A program made the translations under genes and the position numbers. Below are positions 7,911-18,121 of a stretch of DNA of 64,000 nucleotides, piece by piece. This stretch comes from Terriglobia bacterium (GTDB lineage Bacteria > Acidobacteriota > Terriglobia > Bryobacterales > Bryobacteraceae). Below the pieces are notes generated by a model. It was given only the letters and a program-made list of their open reading frames with translations, was not told where the DNA came from and made no database searches. The DNA is taken from assembly GCA_963737495.1 (NCBI GenBank), contig CAVTSS010000009.1, positions 57,167 to 121,166 of the forward strand, in the 5' to 3' direction. Position 1 is the stretch's first letter. Every line of letters begins with the position of its first letter.

Positions 7911-9773
7911 GGCTTCCGTGGGGCTTTCAACGCTCAAAATGAGCCGGTCGAGCTCGTCGCGCTCCAATGTCTCTTTACGGACGAGCTCTACGGAAATGCG
8001 GTCCATCGCCGCGATTCGCTGTTGCAGGATCTGTCTTACTTCACCGTAGATTTCATCCACAATCCGCCGCGATTCCGCGTCGATCATCTCTGCGCTTTTT
8101 TCGCTGTAGTTGCGTTCTTCCATATCGAACGGCGATTTCAGGAATGCTCCGGACATCGGCTTGCCATAAGTAAGCTTCCCGAGCTGCTCGCTCATCCCAA
8201 AGCGCGTCACCATTTGCCGGACCAGCTCGGAAGCCCGCTCGAGATCGTCCGACGCGCCGGTTGAGACCACTCCCCGATAGTGAATTTCTTCGGCCGCACG
8301 CCCGCCCAGCAGAACGGCGATCTGATCCTCCAGTTGCGGCTTGGTCATCAAATAGCGCTCCTGCGTGGGTAATTGCAGCGTATAGCCCAAGGCGCCAATC
8401 GATCGCGGAATAATAGAGACGCGATGCAATGGATCGGCGTGCTTCACCGAAAGCGCCACCAGCGCATGGCCGGACTCGTGAACCGCGACGCGTTCTTTCT
8501 CTTCCGGGCTCATGACGCGGCTCTTTTTCTCAAGACCGAGCATGACACGATCCACCGCCTGCTCCAGATCGCGGATTTCGACACTTTCCGCGCCCCGGCG
8601 CACGGCCAGCAGCGCCGCCTCATTCACGATGTTGGCCAGATCGGCGCCCGCCATTCCGGGCGTTCGCGCCGCAATCGTCTCCAGGTCGACATTTTCCGCC
8701 ATGTGGATTTTGCGAGCGTGAACCTTTAAAATCTCGACGCGATCCTTGAGGTCCGGACGATCCACAAGAACCTGCCGATCGAAGCGCCCGGCGCGCAGCA
8801 GCGCTGCATCCAGCACCTCCGGCGTGTTGGTGGCCGCCATCAGGATCACGCCTTCGGAACTGTCGAATCCATCCATTTCCGCCAGGAGTTGATTGAGCGT
8901 CTGCTCGCGTTCATCGTTGCTGAATCCCACCGCCCGTCCGGAAGTTCGCGATTTGCCGATCGCATCCAGTTCGTCGATAAACACGATGCAGGGCGCCTTC
9001 AGCTTGGCCTGCTCAAACAAGTCGCGCACGCGGGCCGCACCGACGCCGACGAACATCTCCACAAACTCCGATCCTGAGAGCGAGAAGAAGGACACGTGCG
9101 CTTCGCCGGCCACGGCTTTCGCCAACAAGGTCTTGCCGGTGCCCGGCGGTCCCACCAGCAGAACGCCTTTCGGAATCCGGCCGCCGAGCTTCTGATACTT
9201 CGCCGGCTGGCGAAGAAAGTCTACCACCTCTTCCAGTTCCAGCTTGGCTTCATCCAGGCCCGCGACATCGTCAAAAGTCACCTTGCTCGTGCTCGATTCA
9301 TCGTGAATCTTGGCCCGGTTCTTCCCGAACGTCAAAGCGCCGCCCGCTTGAGTCATGCGCCGCATTCCCATTCTGAAGATCAAGACGATAAACAGGAACG
9401 GCAGGACCCAACCCAGGATGTTCCAGATCCACGAAGTTTGGTCGATGCGGCCTTGGAACTTCACCGGATGTGCTTCGAGCTCCTTCAGGAGTTCTGATTC
9501 GTCCACGCCCGGCAGCCGCGTGGCGGTGATCGTCTGCGGCGGACCAGGGTTCTTTGCGTGAGCCGCATCGCTCTTCAGCACGCCGATCAGTTCGTGCTCG
9601 GTAACCTGAACCTCGCTCAAATGATCCGCTCGAAGCTCCACCAGGAAATCGCTGTAGGAAACCGCTTTGGATTGAGCCCCGGGAATGAGCCTGGTGGCAA
9701 GATAGATCGCAACCATGAGCACCGCGAAATTTACGGTTGAGAAGATCAAGCGATTCTTTTGCTTACTGTCCAT
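7854..9773 (-). CDS. ftsH: ATP-dependent zinc metalloprotease FtsH
   Basis: Walker [26 protein letters not shown], the SRH region and the zinc motif HESGHALV are present, with an N-terminal TM segment. Start taken at MDSKQKNRL (9773). The 3' end overlaps the convergent MBL gene by 57 nt. Confidence 0.95.
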   Translation of the reverse strand: MDSKQKNRLIFSTVNFAVLMVAIYLATRLIPGAQSKAVSYSDFLVELRADHLSEVQVTEHELIGVLKSDAAHAKNPGPPQTITATRLPGVDESELLKELEAHPVKFQGRIDQTSWIWNILGWVLPFLFIVLIFRMGMRRMTQAGGALTFGKNRAKIHDESSTSKVTFDDVAGLDEAKLELEEVVDFLRQPAKYQKLGGRIPKGVLLVGPPGTGKTLLAKAVAGEAHVSFFSLSGSEFVEMFVGVGAARVRDLFEQAKLKAPCIVFIDELDAIGKSRTSGRAVGFSNDEREQTLNQLLAEMDGFDSSEGVILMAATNTPEVLDAALLRAGRFDRQVLVDRPDLKDRVEILKVHARKIHMAENVDLETIAARTPGMAGADLANIVNEAALLAVRRGAESVEIRDLEQAVDRVMLGLEKKSRVMSPEEKERVAVHESGHALVALSVKHADPLHRVSIIPRSIGALGYTLQLPTQERYLMTKPQLEDQIAVLLGGRAAEEIHYRGVVSTGASDDLERASELVRQMVTRFGMSEQLGKLTYGKPMSGAFLKSPFDMEERNYSEKSAEMIDAESRRIVDEIYGEVRQILQQRIAAMDRISVELVRKETLERDELDRLILSVESPTEASQRDAQSVISDTCIHAEI

Positions 9774-10122
9774 AGCTGTTTTTGGCCGGGCGTTTGCGTA
9801 GGCTGGCGCTCTCTCCAGGAGCTGCACGTAGACCACCAGAAAGAACCAGATAAGACGTCGATTAGAAACGGGGAATCTAGGCGGGCGCACGCATTCTTCG
9901 CGCATGTACGTCGCTTAGGGATTTACTTCGGTCGCCAGTGCACCGGATACGAGTGATCGCGCCCTCGGCCCCGGTTTCTCGGCTGCTTCCGCCGCCATAT
10001 CGCCGACCGCTGAGCTATTGTGCGCAGAAATCGCGGTCACTTGCGCTTTTTCGCGCTTGCTGGTCACAGGACCAGAAAGAGTCCAAAAAGACTCGACCGC
10101 GGCTCGAAGCCACGCTCACCGA

Positions 10123-11046
10123 TTACCGGTCGCCCGACGGCCGCGGCTCGGGCGCTACATAGACCTTGGGTGCGGCCACGATTTCTGCATTCGGAATCTC
10201 TGTGGTAAAACGAACCGGCGCCAACTCGGGCTTCGCGAGCGGCTTCATCAGAAAACTCACCGAATACTGATGCGTCAGGCGCTCCGCCAGATCGGTCAAA
10301 TACGGCCCGATCGACACCGGAGGTCCGAACCCGAGCATGTACGCTTCGCCACCGGTCTCTTCCGCGAGCTCGGTTAACTGGTTCTGTCCCCAGTTCATGC
10401 GCCATAAGCTGTGGCCGCCGTGCCCGGCGTGAGGCGTGTAGATCGCGTACACGATCGTGCCGGCCCGCTGCGCATGCGCGATCGCGCTATCGAGATACGG
10501 ATTGATCGGGCCGGTTCCACCCAGCGGGTCGACTCCGCTTGAAACCATCAGGACTTCTCTTCGCACGCAGCAACTTGGCCATCTCTTGATGAGATCGCTG
10601 AGTGCGAGATATGGGCTTTCGCCGGCAGCGATGCTTCCTAACGGTAGCCGCAGCGCTTGGGCCGCCTTGGCGTGATCGGAAGTCAGGTCCTGTTTAATGT
10701 CGGCGATCCCGTTGTGCATGTATCCGATTCCGATCAGCGCGCTGGCCGGCTGGCGGTTGATGAATTCGCGTAAATCGGCCAACTGCGATCCGAGACTCAG
10801 GGCGGATGCGTCGTCGATCAGAATGAAAAGCTCCAGTCCGGCCTGTTCTCCTTTGAGCGTGGTCCACTCGGTTACCGGAAGACGTTCTTTTCCATGAAAA
10901 ACCATTACGTCCTCGCGCTTCAGCTCGGGGACCTCTTTTCCGTGAACCGCCTCCACGGTGACGGTCACGTGAACCGGAATCTTCTCCTGTGCGATGCCGA
11001 GAGTCGCGGTCATCGCCATAACTGCGATAAGACTTTGTTTGATCAT
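10123..11046 (-). CDS. secreted VWA domain protein (acidobacterial type)
   Basis: Signal peptide MIKQSLIAVMAMTATLGIAQE, then LFILIDDAS... VWA-like. GGAGGA RBS before ATG 11046. Confidence 0.75.
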   Translation of the reverse strand: MIKQSLIAVMAMTATLGIAQEKIPVHVTVTVEAVHGKEVPELKREDVMVFHGKERLPVTEWTTLKGEQAGLELFILIDDASALSLGSQLADLREFINRQPASALIGIGYMHNGIADIKQDLTSDHAKAAQALRLPLGSIAAGESPYLALSDLIKRWPSCCVRREVLMVSSGVDPLGGTGPINPYLDSAIAHAQRAGTIVYAIYTPHAGHGGHSLWRMNWGQNQLTELAEETGGEAYMLGFGPPVSIGPYLTDLAERLTHQYSVSFLMKPLAKPELAPVRFTTEIPNAEIVAAPKVYVAPEPRPSGDR

Positions 11047-11054
11047 GATTCCTC

Positions 11055-12788
11055 CTACGCCGCGGCTGCCGCACGATGCTTCAGCCAGCGGCTTAGCTTT
11101 GTCCAAGTCCAGGTATTGATCACCGATCGCGCTTCCACCCATCCGCGGCGGGCTTGGAAGACGCCGTAACGGATCCATTCAAGCTGCGAGGTGCTGTGCG
11201 CGTCGGAGCCGATGGCCAGCAAGGCGCCGCCTTCCTGTGCGGCTCTGGCCATTACGTCATTCAGATCCAGGCGGTACATCGACCCGTTCACTTCCAGCGC
11301 GACCCCGGATTTTGCAGCCGCCGCGATCACCCGTTCGAAATCGACTTCGAGCGCTTCACGCGCGCCAATCAGCCGGCTGGTGGGATGCGCGATGACATCG
11401 ACATATGGATGCGCGATCGCATCCAGCAGGCGTCCGGTAATCCGGTCTTTGCTCTGGCGGAAGCTGGAATGAATCGCAGCCACAACCACGTCGAGCTTCG
11501 AAAGAATGTCGTCGGGATAATCCAGCTTGCCGTCGCCAAGAATGTCCACTTCGGAACCGATCAGGATGTGCGGCAGCCGGTCTTTCCTCTTCTTACGCAG
11601 AGCTTCGATTTCCTGGATTTTCTTTTCCAGCCGGGCGCGATCGAGACCGTGCGCTACGCGCTCCGACGGCGAGTGATCGCTCAGCGCGATGTATTCATAG
11701 CCGAGCTCGGCCGCGCGCTCGACCATCTCCTCGATAGTCGATTTGCCGTCGGAATAGGTCGAATGCGTATGTAAATCGCCGCGCAGGTCGCTAACTTCGA
11801 TAAGCTTCGGCAGCTTTTCGTTAAGGGCCGTCTCAATCTCGCCGCGATCCTCGCGCAGCTCAGGCGCCATCAGTGGGATATGCAGGGATTGGTAAACATC
11901 GGCTTCTTCCTCGCCGGCAATCCGTCTTTCGCCACGAAACACGCCGTACTCATTGAACTTCAATCCGCGCCTTCGCCCCAGCGTTCGCAGATGAATGTTG
12001 TGCTGCTTCGATCCGGTGAAATATTGAAGCGCGGCTCCATACGATTTCTGCGGGACCGCGCGAACGTCTACCTGAATGCCGCCTTCGATCATCACTGTCG
12101 CTTTGGTGTCGCCGAGCCCGAGGACCTGTTTCACGACAGGCAGTTCCGTAATGCGCTTCAATGCACTCGGACTATCTTTAGAAATCACCAGCACATCCAC
12201 ATCGCCGATCGTCTCACGCCGCCTGCGCAGAGAGCCCGCGATATCGGCACGCTCAATCCCTTTGATTTTTCGAATTTCGGCAAGCAGATTCTCGGCCAGC
12301 GGCAGCGCGACACTGATCAGCATCCGCTGTTGGCTGGCGAGCCACAGATCGATGCCGCGCTTGATGTTGTCGATTTTCTTCTGGCCGAAGCCCTTCAACT
12401 GGAGAACCGCTTCGCCCTCCAGGCATCTTTTGAGATCTTCAAAGCTGGTTACGCCGATCTCTTTGTGAAGCAGGGCGAGCGTCTTCGGCCCCAGGCCCGG
12501 AATGCTCATCAAATCGATCAGCTCATCGGCGATGCCTTTGCATTCCTGCGTATACCGCTTCATCTTCCGCGTGTCGATGTACTCCTCGATCATTTCCGAA
12601 AGATCCTGGCCGATGCCCGGCACATCCTGAAGTTTTCCCTGTTCGGCGACATCGGCGAGATCCTCTTTCAGATCGCGAATCGATACGGCTGCGCGCTCAT
12701 AGGCCATGATGCGAAACCGGTCTCCGCCTTTGAAAGCAAGCACGTGAGCCATCCGCTCGAAGATGCGGGCGATTTCTTCGTTGACCAT
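11055..12788 (-). CDS. polX: DNA polymerase X family protein with C-terminal PHP domain
   Basis: MVNEEIARIFERMAHVLAFKGGDRFRIMAYERAA (HhH), GIGQDLSEMIEEY, GSLRRRRETIGDVDVLV, then PHP motifs GDLHTHSTYSDG...SDH... Confidence 0.9.
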   Translation of the reverse strand: MVNEEIARIFERMAHVLAFKGGDRFRIMAYERAAVSIRDLKEDLADVAEQGKLQDVPGIGQDLSEMIEEYIDTRKMKRYTQECKGIADELIDLMSIPGLGPKTLALLHKEIGVTSFEDLKRCLEGEAVLQLKGFGQKKIDNIKRGIDLWLASQQRMLISVALPLAENLLAEIRKIKGIERADIAGSLRRRRETIGDVDVLVISKDSPSALKRITELPVVKQVLGLGDTKATVMIEGGIQVDVRAVPQKSYGAALQYFTGSKQHNIHLRTLGRRRGLKFNEYGVFRGERRIAGEEEADVYQSLHIPLMAPELREDRGEIETALNEKLPKLIEVSDLRGDLHTHSTYSDGKSTIEEMVERAAELGYEYIALSDHSPSERVAHGLDRARLEKKIQEIEALRKKRKDRLPHILIGSEVDILGDGKLDYPDDILSKLDVVVAAIHSSFRQSKDRITGRLLDAIAHPYVDVIAHPTSRLIGAREALEVDFERVIAAAAKSGVALEVNGSMYRLDLNDVMARAAQEGGALLAIGSDAHSTSQLEWIRYGVFQARRGWVEARSVINTWTWTKLSRWLKHRAAAAA

Positions 12789-12792
12789 TGGG

Positions 12793-14139
12793 CTACACTC
12801 CCGAAGGAAACGTCTCGGCCGGCTCGCCGATACCCCATTCGGCACTGGGCTCGAGTGGTTCCACTGCGCGAGTTCGATCGAAATGGATCACCGCGTCGAA
12901 CTGATCGGAAAGAGAGGCGTGGAAGTAGTGACTCGCCAGCTCCGACTCCGGGCGGTAAATGACGCCGATCGCGCGCTCGAGCATTGGTGCACGCAGACCG
13001 TTCGAAACATGGCTGTTCCGCGGCAGCGTGAGCAGGAACGCCGGGATGTTCACGTCATGAAACAGCGATTCGACGCTGCCGGGCATCCCCGGACGGACGC
13101 GTTTGCGCTCGGCGGCTGCGCCCCAGTCGGATGCGGCAGTCACGGTGCCGGTGTAAGTTGTGAATCCGACCAGCACGCACTCGCGGCCGTATCGTTGCCG
13201 CACCAGCTGACCGACATTCCACTCGCCGGACCGGCCCATATCGGTGGCGCGCGCATCGCCCAAGTGCGAGTTGTGTGCCCAGATTACGACTTTCGATCGG
13301 CTGCCCTGATACTCAAAATGCTCCACCAGCGCGGCCAGCGTTTCCGTCATGTGCCGATCGCGAAGGTTCCACGAAGAAACCCGCCCACGGAACATCGTGC
13401 GGTAATACTCCTCGGCGTTCTTGATCAGACGCGCGTTTTGTTCGGCGAAGAAGTAATCATCCGCCGCGATCCGTCCGTCACGACGGGCATAGTCCGCGGC
13501 GCGCCGTTGCAACTCGATCAACTGCGCGACCACTTCGGACTCGCAGGTGTCGCCCAGGCCGAATCCAGCAGCGTAGCCATAGGCTTGCGGGTCCTCGCCG
13601 AAATTCTCGAAGCAGCCGTACCGGTAGCGTGCGCGCCGCGCACCCTCCGGATCCACCTTTTCGAGGTAACTCAGGACGGCTTCAATCGACGTGTGCAGGC
13701 TGTACAGATCAAGCCCGTAGAATCCCGCCTTCTTGGACCCCGGCGTGAGCGAATCGTTGTACTCGCGCAACCAACCGGCGAAGTCCAGGATGTCGGCATT
13801 CCGCCACATCCACGCGGGAAAACGCTTGAAGCCGGCGAGTGCTTCCTCGGCGTCGGGATCGGCGCTTGCGCCGCGTATGTAACGATTCACTCGATAGGCG
13901 TCCGGCCAATCGGCTTCGACGGCGATGGCGGTAAAGCCTTTTTCTGTAATGAGCCGTTTCGTAATTCGCGCGCGCTCGCGATAGAACTCATGCGTCCCGT
14001 GCGAGGCTTCCCCCAACAGGACGAACCGGGCATCGCCGATAAACTCGAGAAGCGGATCGTAATCTTCGTGACCGTAAACAATCGGATGCGCGGAATCGCG
14101 CACCAAGTCCAGTGCGATTGCCTCAGTTGCTGAAGGCAT
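12793..14139 (-). CDS. erythromycin esterase family protein
   Basis: FVLLGEASHGTHEFYRERARITKRLI...FTAIAVEADWPDAYRVNRYI...IWAHNSHLGDARAT. Confidence 0.85.
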   Translation of the reverse strand: MPSATEAIALDLVRDSAHPIVYGHEDYDPLLEFIGDARFVLLGEASHGTHEFYRERARITKRLITEKGFTAIAVEADWPDAYRVNRYIRGASADPDAEEALAGFKRFPAWMWRNADILDFAGWLREYNDSLTPGSKKAGFYGLDLYSLHTSIEAVLSYLEKVDPEGARRARYRYGCFENFGEDPQAYGYAAGFGLGDTCESEVVAQLIELQRRAADYARRDGRIAADDYFFAEQNARLIKNAEEYYRTMFRGRVSSWNLRDRHMTETLAALVEHFEYQGSRSKVVIWAHNSHLGDARATDMGRSGEWNVGQLVRQRYGRECVLVGFTTYTGTVTAASDWGAAAERKRVRPGMPGSVESLFHDVNIPAFLLTLPRNSHVSNGLRAPMLERAIGVIYRPESELASHYFHASLSDQFDAVIHFDRTRAVEPLEPSAEWGIGEPAETFPSGV

Positions 14140-14334
14140 GGCATTTACCTCCTGGGGTTCAAGATTAGAGCAGCAACTGAGAAACCATATTGGGTTAACA
14201 CCAGGAGGCGACAGCTCGCCTTACGACGTGTGCGGTTTCACCCACATCTTCGAGTCTCCTGTGCTTGCGTAAGTATTGCTCACGCAGTCTTTGTTAGCCG
14301 GCTCTCGTGGTCGTGCACGTGCTCTTTCGAAGAT

Positions 14335-14538
14335 ATGGCCCAAGCGAAAATCTTTGCCGAGGAAGGTCCCCCTGAAATACTCTGTCCGCGCTGTCGTGGC
14401 GACGCAACCTGGCGTTTTCTCGATGAGACGAAGAACCTGATTGAAGTGGTATGCTCCGACTGCGGCATATTCGAGATGCCGCGCACGGAATTCGAAAAGG
14501 CCGAGGCCGACATCGCCGAGCCGGAAGAACGCCGCTGA
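14335..14538 (+). CDS. small zinc-ribbon protein
   Basis: MAQAKIFAEEGPPEILCPRCRGD...VVCSDCGIFEMP (two CxxC pairs). ATG at 14335 lies inside track ORF 14230..14538. Confidence 0.5.
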   Translation: MAQAKIFAEEGPPEILCPRCRGDATWRFLDETKNLIEVVCSDCGIFEMPRTEFEKAEADIAEPEERR

Positions 14539-14597
14539 GCTAGATTCTCCGGCAGACGTGCCAAGCGAGGTGGCAAAATGGACGCAGATACAGCGAC

Positions 14598-15287
14598 ATG
14601 ACGTCGCGCCTCACCTGGAGCGTTCACTTACTGATCCTGCTGGCGGTGCTCTCGACCGCGGGAGCTCTGAACGTCTTCTTGCGCCATAGGACTCAGTGGC
14701 GCCGGCCCACGCGATTCCTCCTCGCCGGCCTGCTCGCCGCGAATGAGTTGATATGGTATGGCTACCGGATCCATCAGAACGGATTTCGGTTCCCGCAGTC
14801 GCTTCCACTCCAGTTGTGCGATCTCACCTTGTGGCTGACCGTGATCGCGGCGCTGACGTTGAGCCCAGGAATCTACGAGGTTGCGTATTTCTGCGGCCTC
14901 GGCGGCAGCGGCATGGCATTGCTCACACCCGATCTTTGGGCTCCATTTCCCTCTTACCCGACCATCTACTTTTTCGTCTCCCACGGGCTGGTGGTGATTA
15001 CGCTGCTCACGCTGACCGGCTCACGGTTCGCGTGGCCGCGGCGAGGCTCTCTATGGCGCGCCTTTGGCGTCCTGAACGCGTACGCGGCTGCGATTGCCGT
15101 ATTCGATGCAGTTTTCAAGACCAATTATATGTATCTCTGCGAAAAGCCCGGCAGTGCTTCGCTTCTGGATTATTTCGGCCCGTGGCCGGCTTATGTGTTT
15201 GTCGCGGATTGCTTTGCGCTGGCCGTTTTTTGGCTGCTATGGCTGCCGGTCAGACGCATGAAAGTGCATCCCCCCAGGGACTCTTAA
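14598..15287 (+). CDS. TIGR02206/YwaF-like integral membrane protein
   Basis: Multi-TM protein with FPQSLPLQLCDLTLWL and LLTPDLW motifs. Confidence 0.7.
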   Translation: MTSRLTWSVHLLILLAVLSTAGALNVFLRHRTQWRRPTRFLLAGLLAANELIWYGYRIHQNGFRFPQSLPLQLCDLTLWLTVIAALTLSPGIYEVAYFCGLGGSGMALLTPDLWAPFPSYPTIYFFVSHGLVVITLLTLTGSRFAWPRRGSLWRAFGVLNAYAAAIAVFDAVFKTNYMYLCEKPGSASLLDYFGPWPAYVFVADCFALAVFWLLWLPVRRMKVHPPRDS

Positions 15288-15586
15288 GCAGCGAGCGATT
15301 CGGATTTCTGAATTGAAACCACACATTAGCGTCGCAGAATCCCAACGAGCCGTCGCTGAACTAGGCGCGTTAAAGACGGAAGCGGCCCCTTTGATTGCTG
15401 ACTGACGCGGGTTCGCCCCCATTTCTCCAGAAGGCGCAAACAGACTTCCGTTATTGAGTATTGTCGGTAGCTACGTCATGTGGACATTACCTCGGGTCGG
15501 AGCCCAGATCAACTGAAGTTTTGCCGCGAACCCTTGACAGCTTGCTGATCAGATATAATGTGGACCCATCAGAGGAGGAAGGTACC

Positions 15587-16144
15587 ATGAGCACACCGTC
15601 CCTGGGTGCAATCTCGAAGGAGTCAGTTGGGTGGTCCATCGCGCTTAGCGTCCTGATGATTCTTGGCGGCGTTCTCGCCATCGTGATTCCACCAGCGGCA
15701 GGAGTAGCGGTGCTTGTCGTCGTTGCCTGGCTGCTTATGATCAGTGGCGCTGCCCATCTGGTATTCGCCTGGCATACGCGAACGGCGGGCGGAATCGTAT
15801 GGGAGCTGCTGCTGGGCGTTCTCTACATTTTTGTTGGCGCCTATGCTTTTCTTAACCCAGTGGCGGGCTTGGCGTCCCTCACGCTTGTACTGGCGATTTA
15901 CCTGTTTATGGAAGCGGCGCTGGAACTGATCTTGTCGTTCACTCTGCGCCCGCTGCCTGGATCGAAATGGCTGTTGCTCGATGGGATCATCACCTTGGTT
16001 CTGGCGATCCTGATTTGGAGGAGCTGGCCGTCGAGCACCGAATGGGTGATCGGCACCCTGGTAGGGATAAGCATGCTTTTCAGCGGTGCCGCCCGTTTAT
16101 CACTGTCTCTGGCTGCACGTCGGATGGTTACCAAGTTGCCTTGA
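15587..16144 (+). CDS. HdeD/DUF308 family membrane protein
   Basis: GWSIALSVLMILGGVLAIVIP...LMISGAAHLVFAW... repeated DUF308-type helices. GAGGAGGAAGG RBS before ATG 15587. Confidence 0.75.
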   Translation: MSTPSLGAISKESVGWSIALSVLMILGGVLAIVIPPAAGVAVLVVVAWLLMISGAAHLVFAWHTRTAGGIVWELLLGVLYIFVGAYAFLNPVAGLASLTLVLAIYLFMEAALELILSFTLRPLPGSKWLLLDGIITLVLAILIWRSWPSSTEWVIGTLVGISMLFSGAARLSLSLAARRMVTKLP

Positions 16145-16178
16145 AAGGACAGAATCTCAAAGCACAAGGCTGAGCTTA

Positions 16179-16844
16179 GTGGGAACTATAGTCCCGTTAT
16201 CGGACGCGTCGCGACGTCCCAGGCATTTCCCTGCTATCACGGCGTTAATCATATTGATCAATGTGGTTGTATTCGTGAACGAGTTGATCCGTGGGAACCA
16301 ATTCGTCTTGAAGTGGTCCGTCGTTCCTGCAGACATAGTCGCCGGTCATCACTGGGTCACCATTCTGACGGCGATGTTTCTGCACGGAAGCTGGTCGCAC
16401 ATCATAGGCAACATGGTGTTCTTATGGGCGTTCGGTCCGGAGATCGAAGACGCCATGAATCCACTACGCTTCTCTGCGTTCTACCTTTCCGGCGGGCTGG
16501 TGGCGATGCTGGCGCAGGTCTTAGCCAGCCCAGACTCCACAGTGCCGAACTTAGGCGCAAGCGGCGCGATTGCCGCCGTGATGGGTGCGTTTCTGGTGAC
16601 CTATCCTCGCGATCGGATGCGGTCGCTGCTGGTGATCTTTGTTTTCGTGACCGTCACACGCATCCCTGCTGCGCTTTTGATCGTCGTCTGGTTTCTGATT
16701 CAGCTCCTCAATGCCGGGGCGGTGGCAAATGTGCAGACGGGCGGCGTCGCCTATCTCGCGCATGTCGGCGGCTTCATTTTCGGAGCGGTGACCGCACGAT
16801 GGTTTAAGGATCCCCAGCGGATTGCCGACCAAGGATGGAGCTAA
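16179..16844 (+). CDS. rhomboid family intramembrane serine protease
   Basis: MFLHGSWSHIIGNMVFLWAFG, GASGAIAAVMGAFL and AHVGGFIFG motifs. The GTG start at 16179 is a guess. Confidence 0.85.
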   Translation: MGTIVPLSDASRRPRHFPAITALIILINVVVFVNELIRGNQFVLKWSVVPADIVAGHHWVTILTAMFLHGSWSHIIGNMVFLWAFGPEIEDAMNPLRFSAFYLSGGLVAMLAQVLASPDSTVPNLGASGAIAAVMGAFLVTYPRDRMRSLLVIFVFVTVTRIPAALLIVVWFLIQLLNAGAVANVQTGGVAYLAHVGGFIFGAVTARWFKDPQRIADQGWS

Positions 16845-17078
16845 TGATTTTCCGACGCCGACACAGCCTGAGCTAATTCTCGATATCGACCGGCCGAGCT
16901 ATTCCAAAGCCTGGACAGATCGCGTGCCTGAGGCTCCGTCGCGCCCCAACGGTACTTCATGGACCAGTTTCAGAATAAACGCGATCGGTAACGACAGATG
17001 GGTCCGCTGACATGTTTGCAACTCGCCCGTGGCGCGGCAGGAAAATCGATCCTGACAAGCAGCATTAACGGCCATAAA

Positions 17079-17495
17079 TCACTTCCCGAACGCGTACAGA
17101 TGCCCCGTCGTCCGCACATAGATCCTTCCGTCGACAATCGCCGGCGTGGCGAAAATCGGCTCGCCCAGATCGTTCCGCGCGATCACGTTTAGCGCGTCTT
17201 CTGACCCATCCGCCACGCACACCACCCCGTCGCCTGACGCGAAATAAATCTTCCCGCCCGCCTCCACCGGCGACGAATAATACACCCCTCCCGCTCCCAG
17301 CCGAGCGCGATAAATCACCTTTCCCGACCTGCGCCCGAGCGCCGTCACGATTCCGCCATTGGTCACCGCGTACACCCGGTCCCGATACACCAGCGGCATC
17401 GGCACCTCCGGCACCGCCCGCGTCTCAATCCATTCGATCTTCTTTGATTCCGAATCCAGCCGGATCGCCATCAGCAGCGAAGTTCTGAAATTCAT
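17079..17495 (-). pseudogene. C-terminal fragment of a PQQ-like beta-propeller repeat protein
   Basis: Only about 3 blades are present (VYAVTNGGIVTALGRRSGKVIY...KIYFASGDGVVCV...GRIYVRTTGHLYAFGK). There is no N-terminal or signal part, and upstream DNA appears to code on the other strand. Confidence 0.5.
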
Positions 17496-17646
17496 AAAGG
17501 ATCACGGGGCGAAGTCGGTCGTCCGGACGGAGCGCATCATCGGGTGTCCACACGAAGAGGGCGTGGACTATCCAGAAGGAGCGTTTTGTCTGCAGTGCCC
17601 GTTCTGGGCTCATCGGGACCGCTGGTCGGGCGAACTGGTCCAATAG
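17485..17646 (+). CDS. small Cys-rich ORF (start unclear)
   Basis: ...KDHGAKSVVRTERIIGCPHEEGVDYPEGAFCLQCPFWAHRDRWSGELVQ* looks protein-like (CPH...CxxCPFW), but no ATG/GTG/TTG start is visible. Confidence 0.3.
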   Translation: MKFIKDHGAKSVVRTERIIGCPHEEGVDYPEGAFCLQCPFWAHRDRWSGELVQ

Positions 17647-17670
17647 GCGGGATCGGTGTCCGTTTTCCAC

Positions 17671-17692
17671 CCTGATGTGTGGTGTTATCGGC
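17671..17692 (+). repeat. copy 1 of the 22-nt motif CCTGAYRT-N6-TTATCGRC
   Basis: CCTGATGTGTGGTGTTATCGGC. Confidence 0.7.
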
Positions 17693-17930
17693 AAGTACCC
17701 GGCTTCGGCGCCCCTTTGCTCCTACCGTCCCTTGCGATCTCATACCTCACACCTAGTTGGCGTCCGCATATTTTAAATAGACCGATCAGAAAGCTTCCGA
17801 TAAAGGGTTCCCAGTTCGCCGCGCGGGGTATCTTCCCGGTGGCGCTGGTACGCAAGGTCGTATTAAAGGATCCGTGACCGAATAGCCGGTCTTGTCGGTT
17901 ATCGTTAACGCAAATTTATCGATAAATGAT

Positions 17931-17959
17931 TTGACTAAGTTTCCGACTTGTGAGAAGAT
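17931..17959 (+). promoter_or_regulatory. sigma70-like promoter candidate ahead of the tRNA array
   Basis: TTGACT (17931-17936), 17-nt spacer, GAAGAT (17954-17959). The -10 element is weak. Confidence 0.35.
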
Positions 17960-17974
17960 CGAGGCGTGTTGAGA

Positions 17975-18121
17975 ATGGCGAAATATACGGGCTATACGCG
18001 CGAGCAGGCAACGCTCGTCGCGGAACCGCGTATAACTGACGCCACATTCACCGCGATCCATCGTGGAGCGTTTGGCGTCACGCCAAATACTCAACTTGGG
18101 CAGGCCGCCGTTCGACCGTAA
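17975..18121 (+). CDS. 48-codon ORF immediately upstream of the first array tRNA (may be a non-coding leader)
   Basis: ATG 17975 ... TAA 18119-18121: MAKYTGYTREQATLVAEPRITDATFTAIHRGAFGVTPNTQLGQAAVRP. Weak RBS and no recognisable family. Confidence 0.2.
   Translation: MAKYTGYTREQATLVAEPRITDATFTAIHRGAFGVTPNTQLGQAAVRP

Noticed and set aside
10040-10120. Small hairpins (GAGTC-TTTTTG-GACTC and GCGC-TTTTT-CGCGC), considered as the terminator of the polX-VWA operon.
   Set aside because: The stems are only 4-5 bp and the T-tracts are weak or interrupted, which is not convincing by eye.
12763-14133. Long ORFs antisense to clearly recognisable genes. Examples: 12763..14133 (+), 6441..7379 (-), 11880..12962 (+), 27933..28994 (+), 41651..42418 (+), 52821..53591 (+), 5077..5907 (-), 51011..51799 (-), 54741..55490 (-).
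   Set aside because: These are shadow ORFs typical of GC-rich DNA. They are Arg/Gly/Pro/Ala-rich low-complexity translations, and each one overlaps a gene with strong family motifs on the other strand.
15237-15422. A 61-codon minus-strand ORF with a GGAGA RBS, downstream of a GGTAAT -10-like element (15481-15495).
   Set aside because: Its composition is poor, it overlaps the 3' end of the TIGR02206 gene, and no family is recognisable. It is kept only as a possible antisense or small transcript, not as a gene call.
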